Assembly (NCBI GenBank): GCA_951406725.2 | Contig: OX597831.1 | Location: forward strand, 60,202,001-60,266,000 | From: Octopus vulgaris | Taxonomy: Eukaryota | DNA: 64,000 nt | Direction: 5' to 3' | Part shown: piece by piece, positions 27,492 to 40,597 of the stretch | How positions within the stretch are numbered: position 1 is the stretch's first letter | How the letters are laid out: every line of letters starts with the position of its first letter | Position numbers and translations under genes: made by a program | Notes under the pieces: generated by a model | What the model was told of the DNA's origin: nothing | The model's database searches: none | Seen by the model: the letters and a program-made list of their open reading frames with translations, nothing else

Positions 27492-27744
27492 TATATATAT
27501 TTATTAGGGAGTATAGCTCCAAACTTACAGGGAAAAATTCGATTTAGTATTAAATCAAATTTCACAGTATAAATACATAAAATATAAAATATGTATTAGA
27601 GATAAAACTACAATTATGCAACTCAAACATATTATATATTAATTATATATTAATTATATTTATATTATTTGTTATTTATGTATTGGTTTATGTCTATCAC
27701 TGTTTGAGTTCATATCTTATAAATATATATATATATGTAAATTT

Positions 27745-27793
<49 letters not shown>

Positions 27794-28842
27794 CACGCAT
27801 ACACACGTGTGTGTGTTTGTGTGTGTGTGTGCATATTTGTATAACTTTATAAGATTAAGGTTCTTCGAGTAAAATGTACGATTACTTCTGGTAGGGACAA
27901 CGCACGTATAAATAACGAAGTATCAGACAATCAACAGTAAATACAGTGTATTTAGTAATATAATATCTCTCATCCACTTAGTACCATAAGGCAGAAATTC
28001 CGATGCCCACCACTAAAACCTCGGTAACATAGTAACAAATGATGCATAGTATGTGATACATAATTCTATGATTAAGAAGAATGGATCAGCTTGCTATGTA
28101 CTACACTTGTTTCAGAATGAGTACCGAACGGCTATTGGCTAACTTGAAGGTGCTAACAAGTTATTCAATTTTCTTCTTCGTCAATTGCTTTCCACCTTTC
28201 AATTAGGAATTTTGAGCCGTAATGAATTCGTCAAGAAAAACTTGGATAAACATTTATCCATTTAAACAGTGGAAAGTTGAGTGGAAATATAAATTGAACA
28301 TGTAGTAAAGATTGTGCCTCTTCTGCAGATAACTTAAACATAATAGAATGTGTTGTGGTTGTATGATTAGATACTTCTCAATTAGATGTTTCTATGGGGT
28401 GACTTTTAGAGAGTTCATTGGCGCTTAATGTTTTCACTAATTGGTTATATACCTGAACAAATGGCGCCATTGTTGAAACGTCATTATATACAGGATGGGG
28501 TGTTAATTACATAGGTAAGACAATGCTATACAGGAAAGTGGAAACGTGAAGGGGAAACGATAAAACAATGACAAAATACAAGATATAGTGCCATTTATAA
28601 TTTACTTGTCCTCACACATTCCAACAAACAGTCATTTGTACTTAAAATAAAACTAGAGAGGTGCAATTATCCACAATATACATATAAAGAATATATATAT
28701 TCTACTCATCACTCGCTCATGCCACATATTTGCTCATATGTGCACGCGCACACATATAGTAAATATATGCATATATATGCACGCACACACTCTCACACAC
28801 ACACAAACACATGAGCATGCACACACTCACATACATACACAC

Positions 28843-28876
<34 letters not shown>

Positions 28877-28882
28877 ATTGTT

Positions 28883-29137
28883 TATCACCGTGACCGATCA
28901 GGCTATGTAGCCTTGTTTTAGCCTTCAGATGATGCCACACAGCTGGCTAAGCGAGCAGGCCAACAGAAGAAAGAGTGAGACAAGTTGTGGGGAAAGAGTA
29001 CAGCAGGGACCGCCACCCTCTCTGCCGGAGCCTCGTGGAGCTCCGCTCAATAAAAACTCACAACGACCAGTCTGGGTATCGAAACTGCGATTCTACGACC
29101 GCGAGTCCGCTGCCTTAACCACTGGGCCATTGCGCCT
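28883..29137 (-). mobile_element. tRNA-derived SINE (family A)
   Basis: Minus strand starts ggcgcaatggcccagtggttaaggcagcggactcgcggtcg; homologous to 4795-5099. Confidence 0.8.
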
Positions 29138-29144
29138 CTACATA

Positions 29145-29182
<38 letters not shown>

Positions 29183-29210
29183 TAGATAGATAGAGAGAGA
29201 GGAGAGTATA

Positions 29211-29250
<40 letters not shown>

Positions 29251-29270
29251 TAGATATAGAGAGAGAGAGA

Positions 29271-29344
<74 letters not shown>

Positions 29345-30136
29345 GTATGTATATATCTATATGTAAAATTGTCATGTCAACTAACGTTACACCACGGTAT
29401 TTAGTGGCTATTTAAGCAAGGTTTTCGTAGATGATAAACGGACTGTGGTGGTGATGGAGAAAAATCTCTCGAAATATAGCACGCTTGTTCGATATTATTG
29501 TTTATTTATATCTGCTGTCTCGAATACGATGCATCGTAACAAAAACCTATACTGGGTATTATTTTTATGGAATATCAGTAGAGATAACCTTGACAAGTGT
29601 TCTACATTATATCTCCTTCGCTCCAAACTTTAATAGTGGTAACACTATCAATAAAGCTGAATGGCAACGTTTTTGATCGTATGAAGAAACTGGATACAAA
29701 TGCGAAATATATTGCGAGATATCCAGAAACAGATGTCGGACAAAGATTTAAATTGAATATATTGTATAAATGACTGCAATAAAAAAAATCTGTAGTTGTA
29801 TTATTTTTCATTATATACTTTATTTATACAGTAGTAAACAACGTATAATCAAACAATGAGAACTGAGGCTTTACACATCGGATAAAATACAATGGGATTG
29901 TTTACCTCGAATATTCTTAAGTTATTCACTACAGTTCGATGTGGTTTGACATAAACTGAAGTACGCAAGGTTTACGTAAGCGAGAGAAGCCTGGACTTTT
30001 AAATTGCAAAATCGATTTATTCTAAATGGGTGTTAGACCTCATGTCAGTCCAAATAATTTTTGCAGATGTATGTTTCTAGTGTTAACGCCAGATAGATGT
30101 TATAGTATTTTTATTAATATTATATATATATATACA

Positions 30137-30188
<52 letters not shown>

Positions 30189-30196
<8 letters not shown>

Positions 30197-31003
30197 GTTA
30201 TCCAAAAGTAACCGAAAATATTCTGTGTAGGAGACAACGCCGTTGTATGTTATACCTTCGACACTACGAGCCATTTGATACGACCCTCAGGAATCAGTCT
30301 GTCTATCGGCCGAAGTTCTTTAGTGGAGCCATAATGACAGGCTGCGTGTTTTTCTTTTACCATGCTCCTCCCTTGTTCATCGATTTTTGCGATGGATGAA
30401 AAGAGGGAACAGTATGTTTCCATCATATTCACTTTTCTACATTGGAAAACAGCGACCGAAACTTTTCATGCTTCTGACAGCTTACAAAGACATTGCCATG
30501 AGCAGAACAGAAGTTAACTAGGGGTTTCACTTGTCGCTTGAAAAGGAAACCTGTTCTAGAGAATCGTAGACGTCTCAAACCAAATAAAATATCGTGAAAA
30601 TTATAGAACGAAACTTGGAAGACCGTCATAATAATTGACGAATATATCGATATGGCTGGTGTGTCCTGGAGCTCTTGACAACGAATTTTGAGCGGGGAAT
30701 TGTGAATGCGAAGAGTTGCAGAAGAATTTGCCTCTCGCTTGCTCACGGAAGATCAATTGCCTTCATGACTGAATGAATATCGTGACCTAAAAGAACATTT
30801 GTAATTTGATATAGATCTTTTGTTTTTAAGGTCATCGTTGGTGACCGAAATTTGCTGTTGTGCGAGAGGTGAAAAGAAAAACGGCGGAGGTGTTGTAAAG
30901 GCACCACTACGTAAGAGTTCCAGCACTGCTTTGAATAGTGGAAAACGCGCTTGGACAGATGTGTCGCTTCAAATACAGAATGTTTTGACGTCCATAAACT
31001 CGT
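30189..31003 (+). mobile_element. Mariner (Tc1/mariner) remnant, internally deleted
   Basis: Degenerate TIRs tatgagaggttatccaaaa / ttttgacgtccataaactcgta; fragments [40 protein letters not shown] (WVPxxL-like) and VIVGD (ITGDE-like). Confidence 0.8.
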
Positions 31004-31006
31004 AGA

Positions 31007-31069
<63 letters not shown>

Positions 31070-32451
31070 ATGTATATGTATATATATATTTATGTATGTA
31101 TTTATGTATATATATATATATACATAAACATATATAACACAAAAGTATTATGTGTATAAATGTATGAGTATTTGTAGATGAGTATGTGTGTGTGAGAATA
31201 TATATACACATATACATATTTATTCGCGAACGAGCACACACACATACATAAATAGATAAGTTGATAGATATAAATTACGCCGTAATTGGATCTCCATGTA
31301 TGCGAAACCTATAAATATAGGCATGTAAATATTGGTTTCAAAAACTCTGAAGAACCTTTGTAGATAGAAAAATTCGAAGATACTCTGTGTGACACGAACT
31401 CACATCCTTTTAAGCTATGCATATTTGACAGTGGTGGAATGTCAATATTCATATGCTATTATTTATTGCATTGTATGTGTTTCGAGATCCAATTCTCAAA
31501 AAGAGCCATTTCCCCATTTTCTCGAAAGTTTATAAACTTCTATATACACGTGTGTGTGTGTGTGTGTGTGTAATATGTATAAGTACATATAGATAGATAG
31601 AAAGATAAATAGATATTTACATAGATAGATAAATGGACGGACACACACACACATATATGTACTTATTCAGCCATGCATGCATACACACTCACACATGCAC
31701 ACACATACACACATATACACACACACACAATATATATATATATATATAAAACATCTGCGTAAACACACGCTGCCAATTTATGTCTTGTGACGTAATTATA
31801 ATGTTTGTAATTTTCTTTATAACCTGAGATATATTGAATTATTAAAGTGAACTTTTTTCGTAGGTGCGATGTTCTATCATTAATAATGTACGTTAAAGAC
31901 AATGTGCTGGCAATATATTAGCTATTTAACTGATTTTAAACTGAATTTTATTGATGGTGAAAGATATCTTATTATCGTAAATTAAATAAATATATTAAAG
32001 TCACAATATTATGTAGACATAAGAGATTAATAGCAATTTATAAGGATATTTATTAAATTTTTTCTTTATTTTCTTCTTCATTTTGGTTATTTACGTTTCA
32101 TTATTTCATATTCTCAGCTTCAATTATGTCTTCATCTCATGTGCATAATAATTTTTGATTCAAATAATAGTAGTGGGTATATTTTGACGGAACAGTGTGT
32201 TTGGGCACGAATTCGCTATTTATGCATCGTAAGCGGGACTTTACACCCAAATCTAAATTGGACATGTGGATGGTGGGCGGAAAGAAATGGATGACGATAG
32301 GCAGACACAAACTGAAAATGTTTCTCCCGTCTTACATTAATATACACGACGTTCTTGACAATGTCGGCCGACGGCGAATGTTATCACTTCTTCAAGGGTG
32401 GAATGATTAGGAATAGCAGTTACTGCAACAGCAGATCTCATGTCACCGAGC

Positions 32452-32523
<72 letters not shown>

Positions 32524-32756
32524 CATACTTATATATATATAAGCAGAGTCTGGATAGATTTCTTCAAGGAATACCGGATAAGGCAACCATGATTGGATAC
32601 AACTCACCCAACAAGAACTCACTACTTGAATGGACCATAAACAAATCTTGACTTAAACAGGATTTAGATAATCCTATCAGGTGCTGCTATTAAGTTAGAC
32701 AGGGTCTGGACCAATCTTTGATCGAAACATATCTAAGTTTATCTATGTATTATATA

Positions 32757-32941
32757 GGGAGAATTCACAAAAAAAAACAAAGGCAGAGAAATGTGGTGTT
32801 GACAAGAAACAGATGTATTAGTATAACGCTCAGGAAGTGAAAAAGTCTTTAACGTTTCGAGCCTACGCTCTTCCACAGAAAGGAAAACAGAGAGAAACAA
32901 GGAGACAAAAATGTTTAGTGGCTAGCAATCTATCATGGCGA
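32757..32941 (-). mobile_element. Solo PLE-type terminal repeat with hammerhead-like motif (32846-32883, core CUGUGGA)
   Basis: Reverse-complement homologue of 60530-60740. Confidence 0.7.
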
Positions 32942-33084
32942 ATAAGAAACAAACGAAACTCCATCAACCACTCTGCTTCTATATCTGTGCACACATTTCA
33001 GTGGCATGTACGCCATGAGCCGCAACTGAAACGAAGGCCTTAAAAGACATTTTAGAATTCATACAGACACACATTTATTTATTA

Positions 33085-33412
33085 TATTTTATTTTGTGGC
33101 AGTCAAAAGGCTTAGGGGAGGGGAAGAGTATCTTTTTTTCTTCACAAATGTAAATAAACCTAATCTGTTTCTTAAACGAGGGACATATTCATACGGTACA
33201 GAATGTTTTTTTTTTACCTCAATACACGTCATTGATTGGTTGGAATTGCAAAAATTGAAGAAAAATAACAACAAATATCTTACAAACTATAGAATTTTAT
33301 CAATAAAGCTAAGAGAAAAAGATGTTTAATAAATACATTCTACCAGTATACGAAGTTTAAAATTCTTTAGTTACCTAGAAATTATGTTAAAAACTGCCAT
33401 TCAAACCAAGAT
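33085..33412. mobile_element. Non-autonomous element, possibly Helentron-like
   Basis: End aaaaactgccattcaaacc is shared with 37228-37250; ggcagt/actgcc subterminal inverted motif. Confidence 0.35.
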
Positions 33413-33545
33413 CCAACAAACATATGTGGAGAATATGAAATTATAGCTTGTAACATTGGTTTCAAATTTTGGCAAAAATCGACCATAGCGGCATTTGGAA
33501 CCAGCCACGGAAAGACAGACACTTTTTCCCGGCTTACTGATTATA

Positions 33546-33777
33546 TATTTCTTTACTACCCACAAGGGACTAAACATAGAGGGGACAAACAAGGACAGAC
33601 AAACGGATTAAGTCGATTACATCTACCCCAGTACTAAATTGGTACTTAATTTATCGACCCCGAAAGGATAAAAGCTAAAGTCGACATCGGCGGAATTTGA
33701 ACTCATAACATAACGGAGACGAAATACAGCTACGATTTCGCCCGGCGTGCTAACGGTTCTGGCAGCTCGCCGCCTTT
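33546..33777 (-). mobile_element. Meta-domain SINE (family M) with 15-bp TSD
   Basis: TSD cggcttactgattat at 33530 and 33779. Confidence 0.9.
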
Positions 33778-34128
33778 GCGGCTTACTGATTATCCTGCAA
33801 TCGGGCATCCTTATATTATTTATAATACTGAAAAGAGAGAAAGGGTTCATTTGATATTTTGATCATATTTACATTATGTCTGAAAAAGAAATACTGGAAT
33901 GTATCCAATGAGATATTTACAAAGAAAAATAAACTTTCGAAACGTATTAATTTCAGACAAAAGAGATATTCACATAGCATGCGTACAACTATGTGTGTAT
34001 ACACAGGCACCCACAAGCACATTCACACACATACACACACACATATGTATGTATAAGTATGTATGAATATGATTATACGTTCATACATATATATGTGCGT
34101 AGATATATCTATAAATATATATATAGCC

Positions 34129-34191
34129 AGATATCCGAAGAGATGGTGTTGTGGATTTCCACTTCGGCATCTGAAACTCAGAGTTTTATCT
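34129..34191 (+). ncRNA. Hammerhead-like motif (core CCGAAGA) in a solo pLTR (34126-34290)
   Basis: agata-t-CCGAAGA-gatg..catc-t-GAAA-ctcagag-TT-ttatct. Confidence 0.55.
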
Positions 34192-34289
34192 TGACTACCG
34201 AGTAATGTAACATATTGTATAGATAAATTTCCTCTATTTACATAATATTGAGGTCTCTTTCTTTCTTTTGTTATCTTACCGTTTTATCA

Positions 34290-34338
<49 letters not shown>

Positions 34339-34515
34339 TATATATATATATGGGTGTGTGTGATTGTGTATAGAAGAATATATTAATAAAAAGAATTCCA
34401 ACCTTGTCTGATTTTCACGTTTTATTTACAATCTTATAATGATATATTATAAGATAATATATTATAATTGAGTAAAATAAAATGAAATAGTAGAATGTTA
34501 AATATTCATTCTGAT

Positions 34516-34560
34516 TGAACTAGTACTTTCATGCATTGAATTCTGCAATCTTCGGGTTCA
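34516..34560 (-). ncRNA. Type I hammerhead motif (core CCGAAGA) in the Penelope 3' repeat
   Basis: ugaac-CCGAAGA-uugca..ugcau-GAAA-guac-UA-guuca; perfect 5-bp stem I; palindromic stem III AGUACU. Confidence 0.75.
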
Positions 34561-35059
34561 TGTAGTAGTGTTGACAGTCATGCTTCACAATTTTTGACTG
34601 TAGCAAGATGAGTGATTCTGTGCTATAAATACAGCTGGGTAGGCTCCAGAGTGCTAGGTTTTGCAAACTGTATTCTGACCAATCAGTGTGTAGTATCACT
34701 CAATTACTTAAGCTGATTGGTTGGTTGAGCTGATTGGTTTAGGCATCACGCTTTGTTGGACAGGTCAAGAGTCCTGTATCTTGACCCTGGCCGAAGCAGC
34801 AATTGTTGGGTTATTTTTAGAAATGTTGTAAATATCCTTTGTCAGAGATTTTTATATTTTTATATTTCAATTGTCATCATCATCATTGTCAGCACCTTAA
34901 TTATTGTTGCTAGTGGTGATGGTGGTGGCAATAGAACTTTTAACCCTAAATAAGATAATTTTCCTGCTATCTTCGTCTTGATCACCTTTAGTATTGTTGT
35001 TGTTGTTAGTGGTCATGGTCGTAGCAGTGGAAGTAATACCTCTAAGTATTATTATTATT

Positions 35060-36120
35060 GCTTATTTAGCTTGGGTTCGAATTTATCAATAAAATTCTTT
35101 TCTCTGATTTTCCTCTCGATTTCACTTGGGCTGTGTAATTTGTAGAATGGAAATATTATATATATTTTCCGACCACATATTGCTAGGTGGTTACTCAAAG
35201 GTATCTGACGGACCTCTGGGTCTCTAATCTGTTGCCGGTGTACACGTGAGCGTTCTAATAGTGCGTTTCCCGTCTGACCTACATATATTTCTTCACAATT
35301 TGGGCATTTGATGCAGTAAAATTAAATTTCTGCTTTTGCAGTTCATATTCGCGTTTGTGAATATTTTCCCGGTTTTTGTGTTTATATATTGACCGGTATG
35401 TATGGATTGGCATGTGCCACATCGGCTATCATTGCATTTAGATACCGTGAATGTTTGGTCTTTGTTGCTGAGGTCAAATTTTGCCTTTGTTAGTAATGTT
35501 TTCAAGTTTTTAGGCTGTCTTTTACTAAGCACCATAGCTCGATCCTTGATTATGTCTTTTAATTCATTACTTTGGGCAATGATTGGAAGGTTTGCTTTGG
35601 CAATGTTGAAGATATTCTGGTGACATGGGTTGTGTGTCACTATGAATGGTATGACTTGTTCTTGTTTTCCTCTTCCTTGGGTTGTCCTAAGTTTTTGTAT
35701 AGGTATTTTTATAGCCCGCTGTATGCCATTTTCTATAAGTAGAGATGGGTATTTTTGTTTGAGCAAAAATTCTCTTAGTTCTATTAGGCGTTTGTTCCTG
35801 ATATTTGCATCTTCTACAATAGTACAAATTCTTCTGGCTGGGCAGTATGGGATGTTACGTTTTGTATGTGGTGGATGGCACGACTTAAAATTTAGGTATT
35901 GATGTGTGTCTGTGTGTTTATAGTATATATCTGTGGTGATGGTGGTGTCTTTTTTAATTACCATTATATCCAGGAATGGTAATTTGGTACTACTCATCTC
36001 CTTTGTAAATTTGAGAGATGGGTGTAGGTTGTTCAGGAGGATATTGAACTCTTCCAGAGTATTTAGAGATTCTGTCCAGATTATGAAACAGTCGTCTAGG
36101 TATCTCTTCCATGCCTTTTC
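35060..36120 (-). pseudogene. Penelope RT (YLDD) + thumb + GIY-YIG remnant
   Basis: WKRYLDDCFIIW..LHPSLKFT..LPFLD..TDIYYK.TD.HQYL...SCHP.HTKRNIPY; CNDSRCGTC; after a frameshift IYVGQTG..HRQQIRDP..FIDKFEPKLN. Confidence 0.92.
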
Positions 36121-36139
36121 AATATATATATATATATAT

Positions 36140-36345
36140 GGTTAATCCAAACAAGAAAACACAAAAAAAACACAGCAACGCGAGGACTTGGAACAAATAA
36201 AGTATTATTGGACGCTAAGGAAAGAAGGGAAGAAGGAGGATTTAACGTTTCGAGCGGAGCTCTTCGTCGGAAACATAGGAGAAGGAAAGATCCCGAGAAG
36301 GGAAGACAGAGAAAAAAAATCGCTGGCGGTACTCACGAGGTCACA
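36140..36345 (-). mobile_element. PLE-type terminal repeat with hammerhead-like motif (36241-36275, core CCGACGA)
   Basis: uuu-CCGACGA-a-gagc ucc gcuc-GAAA-cgu-u-aaa; homologue of 8093-8298. Confidence 0.7.
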
Positions 36346-36362
36346 TATATATACATATATAT

Positions 36363-36574
36363 TGGTGCAGGAGTGGATTTGCGGTATGTAGCTTGGTTAA
36401 CGTCCACATGGTTCCGTGTTCAGTCCCACTACGTTGCACCTTGGGCAAGTTCCTTCTACTATAACCTCAGACAGCCCTGAGCCTTCGGACTGGATTTGGT
36501 AGATGGAAACTGAAAGAAAGCGTATATATATATATATATGTATACATATATATAAATATATATATGTATGTATA

Positions 36575-36605
<31 letters not shown>

Positions 36606-36636
36606 GTATACATATATATAAATATATATATGTATG

Positions 36637-36676
<40 letters not shown>

Positions 36677-36900
36677 TAGTAATGGTATGACAACAAAAGA
36701 ATGAATGCGACTTCGCTATTATGTAAATAGAGGAATTTATCTGTAAAATAATGTGACAATTATTCGGTTGGCATGATAAAACTAGGGGCACTTTTGTTTT
36801 GTCTTAATAATTGACGAGATGCCGGACCAGATATTCCGCCCCGTCATCCGAAACTTGGAATGTTATTATGGCTACCGAGTAATTGTCACATAGTATTTTA

Positions 36901-36971
<71 letters not shown>

Positions 36972-37127
36972 TTGTCTATGTTTGCTCCCCGCGAACCATT
37001 ACTTGACAACTGATATTGGTATGTTAACATCCCTTCAACCTAGCGGTTCAGCAAAAGAGATCAATGGAATAAGTACTAGTCTTACAAACAAAAAGAGCTG
37101 GGGTCCATTCGTTCGACTAAAATCGGT
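36363..37127 (+). mobile_element. Bipartite tRNA SINE (family C) interrupted in its internal microsatellite
   Basis: Head 36363-36520 and tail 36960-37127 match 42948-43350; insertion at ~36690-36900. Confidence 0.75.
36690..36902. mobile_element. Foldback pLTR fragment with decayed hammerhead (UUGACGA..GAAAC, ~36805-36870)
   Basis: taaaataatgtgacaattattcggt / accgagtaattgtcacatagtatttta inverted pair. Confidence 0.6.
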
Positions 37128-37255
37128 GTTGCCTAACCCTAGCCCTAACCCTAAAACAGATTGAAATGCAATAGATGGATACTAGGGTCATAATTATGGG
37201 TGACATTTTCATATGACACTGCTAGAAAAAACTGCCGTTCAAACCGAAAAGATTC
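37128..37255. mobile_element. Fragment with telomere-like CCCTAA units, possibly a Helentron-type non-autonomous end
   Basis: cctaaccctagccctaaccctaa; terminus shared with ~33390-33410. Confidence 0.4.
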
Positions 37256-38666
37256 TGTTTGTTTCGTATATGTTTTAGACATCCTTTAAAAAACCCACTT
37301 ACAGTCAGTAAATGTTCTAGTTGATGGTTTCCCCTAAGTCCCTGTTGTAGAAAATATTTTAAGCAAGAACTTGCGTGAATTTTAGAGTGACTTGTAATAC
37401 ATTTTTATCAATTCAGCCGGTTATCATTTCTCTTTGATTGACTTGAAATTTGGAATTACCCTTTCAGATGCAGCTGGATAACTTAACAATAATATTTATA
37501 TACAGAAATTAATAAAAACCTATGGCTAGTCTTAATTAAACACCACTGAAGATATTGGCTCAATGTAGCCGGTAAAAATATAAGCAACGCATAAAATGTC
37601 CAAAGCAAAATACAGTTAATAATAAACAGCGATTACTTCATAATATACATAATCACCGTTTATTGTAACACTTGTTACAATATGAAAAATATCCAAACAT
37701 TGCATTTTTGGAACAATTGCCAATTACATGAATATTCCTCTAGATGTTAAGAAATAATGTGCTCCCTATGATCTTGCGGAATTAATTTCTGCCGACTTCT
37801 AAGGTATAGCCGTTATAAGTGCAAGCTTAAACAATCATATTAGTTACTTAGTACAATGTATAACGGATGTTCAATTGATTTGCAGGAGGTTTGATGTTGT
37901 TGATAAGATTGTATGAACTACGAATCCAACTCCATGGTGGAATGTTTATTTTATTTTTTTCGTTAAGATTAATGTTTTCTGGTCGGTTTATTACAATTTG
38001 TATAATGGAGCAATATTAACGTTAAATATAGAAATATACCTTTTTATTACTGTTGCTTGTCGTGAAGTTTACTACGAGAGAATTGGTTAAGTAATTAATA
38101 ACACCAATATCCCTTTATATATTATACATTTTTCACGTTTTAAGGAACTGATTGTCGTTTATTCAATAGTATTCTTTTTCAAAGAACTACGATTATTGCC
38201 TTTTACTGCTCTGATTAAGCAGAAAAAATCATTCTTTTAGGTTCATGCTCCAGGTAATATTTGAAGTGTATATTTTCATCTCTTATTCTTTATTCTACTC
38301 CAAATATTTACCGGAATCTGTTTTCTTTAAAAGCATTATCTTACACGCAAAAAACATAAAGCGTATGGGTGAACAGATTCACTTTCGAGTCTGTCAAATG
38401 GAGAATCTTCCAGCCTTTGAGCAGAATAAGGTCTAAAATCAGAGAATTTCATAGGTTTCCAAATGGAGGCTCGCCACTTGCGCGTTATAAATGAAGCTGA
38501 GACATAAGAGATCATAGCGTTACAACAAGCGAAAGAGCTGTGATTATATTCAAAATATAACATATCTAAGTATTGCAACAGTCCCGAATATTCTCCATCA
38601 TAGAAACAGAAGGCATGGCAAAATGGAATAAAACGAAAGAATACAATGAAAGTTTATGTGTGTCTT

Positions 38667-38766
<100 letters not shown>

Positions 38767-38886
38767 TAAGATTGTAGTGTAACAACAACAGGATGAAAGG
38801 CAAAGTCGACCTCGGTGGAATTTTAACTCAGAACGTAGCGGCAGACAAAATACCGCTGGACATCTCGCCCGGCGTGCTAACGTTTC

Positions 38887-40597
38887 TGATTTCTTTATTA
38901 CCCACGAGGGGCTACACAGAGGGGACACTACAAACATTGGGGACATAGAACATCACAATTACAAAGAATGAAAAATGAATTTTGAAAAATGATATTATGA
39001 AAGTAATGCTAACGGCCCCATCCGCTAGCATCACTTACCTGTCCTTCGTACCCTATCATCCATTGTTCTCCCCAATTTCAATACACATATTCTCCAAGTC
39101 CATAGCATATAATTTTTTTAAAATAATTCTTTATATTATCCCCAACTACCCTCTCCTCCACTATCACATTTCTATTTTCGCAACTCACTAACAGTCCATC
39201 CATTTGTTCCCTCTTCACCATTGCATATTTCCAGACCCCCTTTTCATACCCTAGATAACCCTCTAACATGTCTTTTATGACCTCTCTTTCTTTTTTTAAC
39301 CTACACAGAACAAAGCGCCCGGATTCGGTTTCAGTCTCTTGTCTGTGTGTATTACTTTTTTGTTTTCTTGTTGGAGGAGAGCGGGTGGGTTCACTGTCTG
39401 TAGGGATAGGGTGGGACTCAGAGGGTGTGGGTGGTGTTGGGTTGGATTGGTGTAGCGTGTTGTTTACCTTTCTCCTTCTTCTCTTTCTTTTTTCCTTCCT
39501 TCTTCCCACTCTTGCTGGATCTCCTCTTCTTATGTCGTTTCCTTCTCTGTCTGGATCTCTTCTTCTTTATTTTCTTCCTCCCTTGGGGGTTCCGCAACAA
39601 TTTCCTTTTCTCTTGGTGGGGCAGGGCAGAAGGCTCTTATGTGACCCCTCAGGCCACACTTATAGCAACTGGGCGCCCTGCCCTCCACCCACACTCTCAT
39701 AATCACGTCTCCCAATCTGATGTTTTCTGTTAGGTCCACCAGTACCTCGTTCTCTGCCTGCACATTCAGTTCCACTGTCACGCCTCTCCAGCCCTCGGTC
39801 TTAACCGAGGCATGGAGGATGTCCACTTCCGCCTCGTGGCCGCTAATCACAGCCGCCACTATCCACTCAGCCTCAACGTTTGGGGGCACTCCCTCGACCC
39901 TTACTCTAGTAATTTTTCTATTTAGATACGTAGGCAAAAGTATTACCTTCTCGGATTTCACCGCCTTCGCCGCCATCTTCCCTGCTGCCTTCTCACTTTT
40001 GAACTGTACTACTACAGTACCATATTTTGAACCTCTCGAAAGAAATTCGATTTCCTCTTCCGTTCTTCTTAGCGCCTCATTTATCCATTCCATATTCACC
40101 ACTTCTATCTTTTTCTTTTCGCTTGCGAACACCCTGTATATGATGGTCCTTTTCTCGTACCATTCCTTTCTCTTTGGTGGTGGTGCCAGTTCGACCTCAC
40201 CGCTGTCCTTCCTCATATACCTCTGGAAACCTGGCAATTTTTCTAGGTTTATTTCCTTTTCCTGTGCCGTCTTCTTTTTTGCAACTCATGCGTACGTTTT
40301 CCTGTTTTTTATCTCCACATTATTTACATCACTGATTTGCTCGTCTTCAGAGGTCGATGTCTCCGACAAGTTCTCAAATATCCATTCCTCCTCCGACTCC
40401 TCCACTAGGGAGTGGTCGTCCATTTCCCTCTGTCTGACAGGCCGAAAACGGCCGCCCGAACAGAAACAGTGTAACGCGCAGAACCAGTGAAACGCGAAAC
40501 CGCATCAACGACGTTAAAAATTTCTACAACAACAACAATTCTTTTTGTTCTTTTTTACAAATTTTCACGAGCCGAGAAAAACACAACCGACGTCAAA
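38887..40597 (-). mobile_element. ORF1-only (HAL1-like) non-autonomous non-LTR retroelement
   Basis: 17-bp TSD cggcgtgct(a/g)acgtttc at 38870-38886 and 40598-40614; single gag-like reading frame; no RT or endonuclease; 3' end cccctcgtgggtaataaagaaat. Confidence 0.85.
39078..40423 (-). pseudogene. L1/Tx1-type ORF1 protein: acidic N-terminus, RRM-like repeats, CCHC knuckle, extra C-terminal region
   Basis: ATG at 40423 (MDDHSLVEESEEEW); VVVQFKS..TRVRVEGVPP; CYKCGLRGHIRAFC; two stops and one frameshift near 39490; about 448 codons when repaired. Confidence 0.85.

Larger units (their letters stand above)
34372..36120 (-). mobile_element. 5'-truncated Penelope element with 3' terminal repeat
   Basis: RT C-terminal half and GIY-YIG followed by a ~700-bp non-coding tail containing a hammerhead; both ends abut microsatellite. 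Confidence 0.9.

Noticed and set aside
39268-40490. Plus-strand ORFs of 144 and 256 aa
   Set aside because: Antisense shadows of the ORF1 frame
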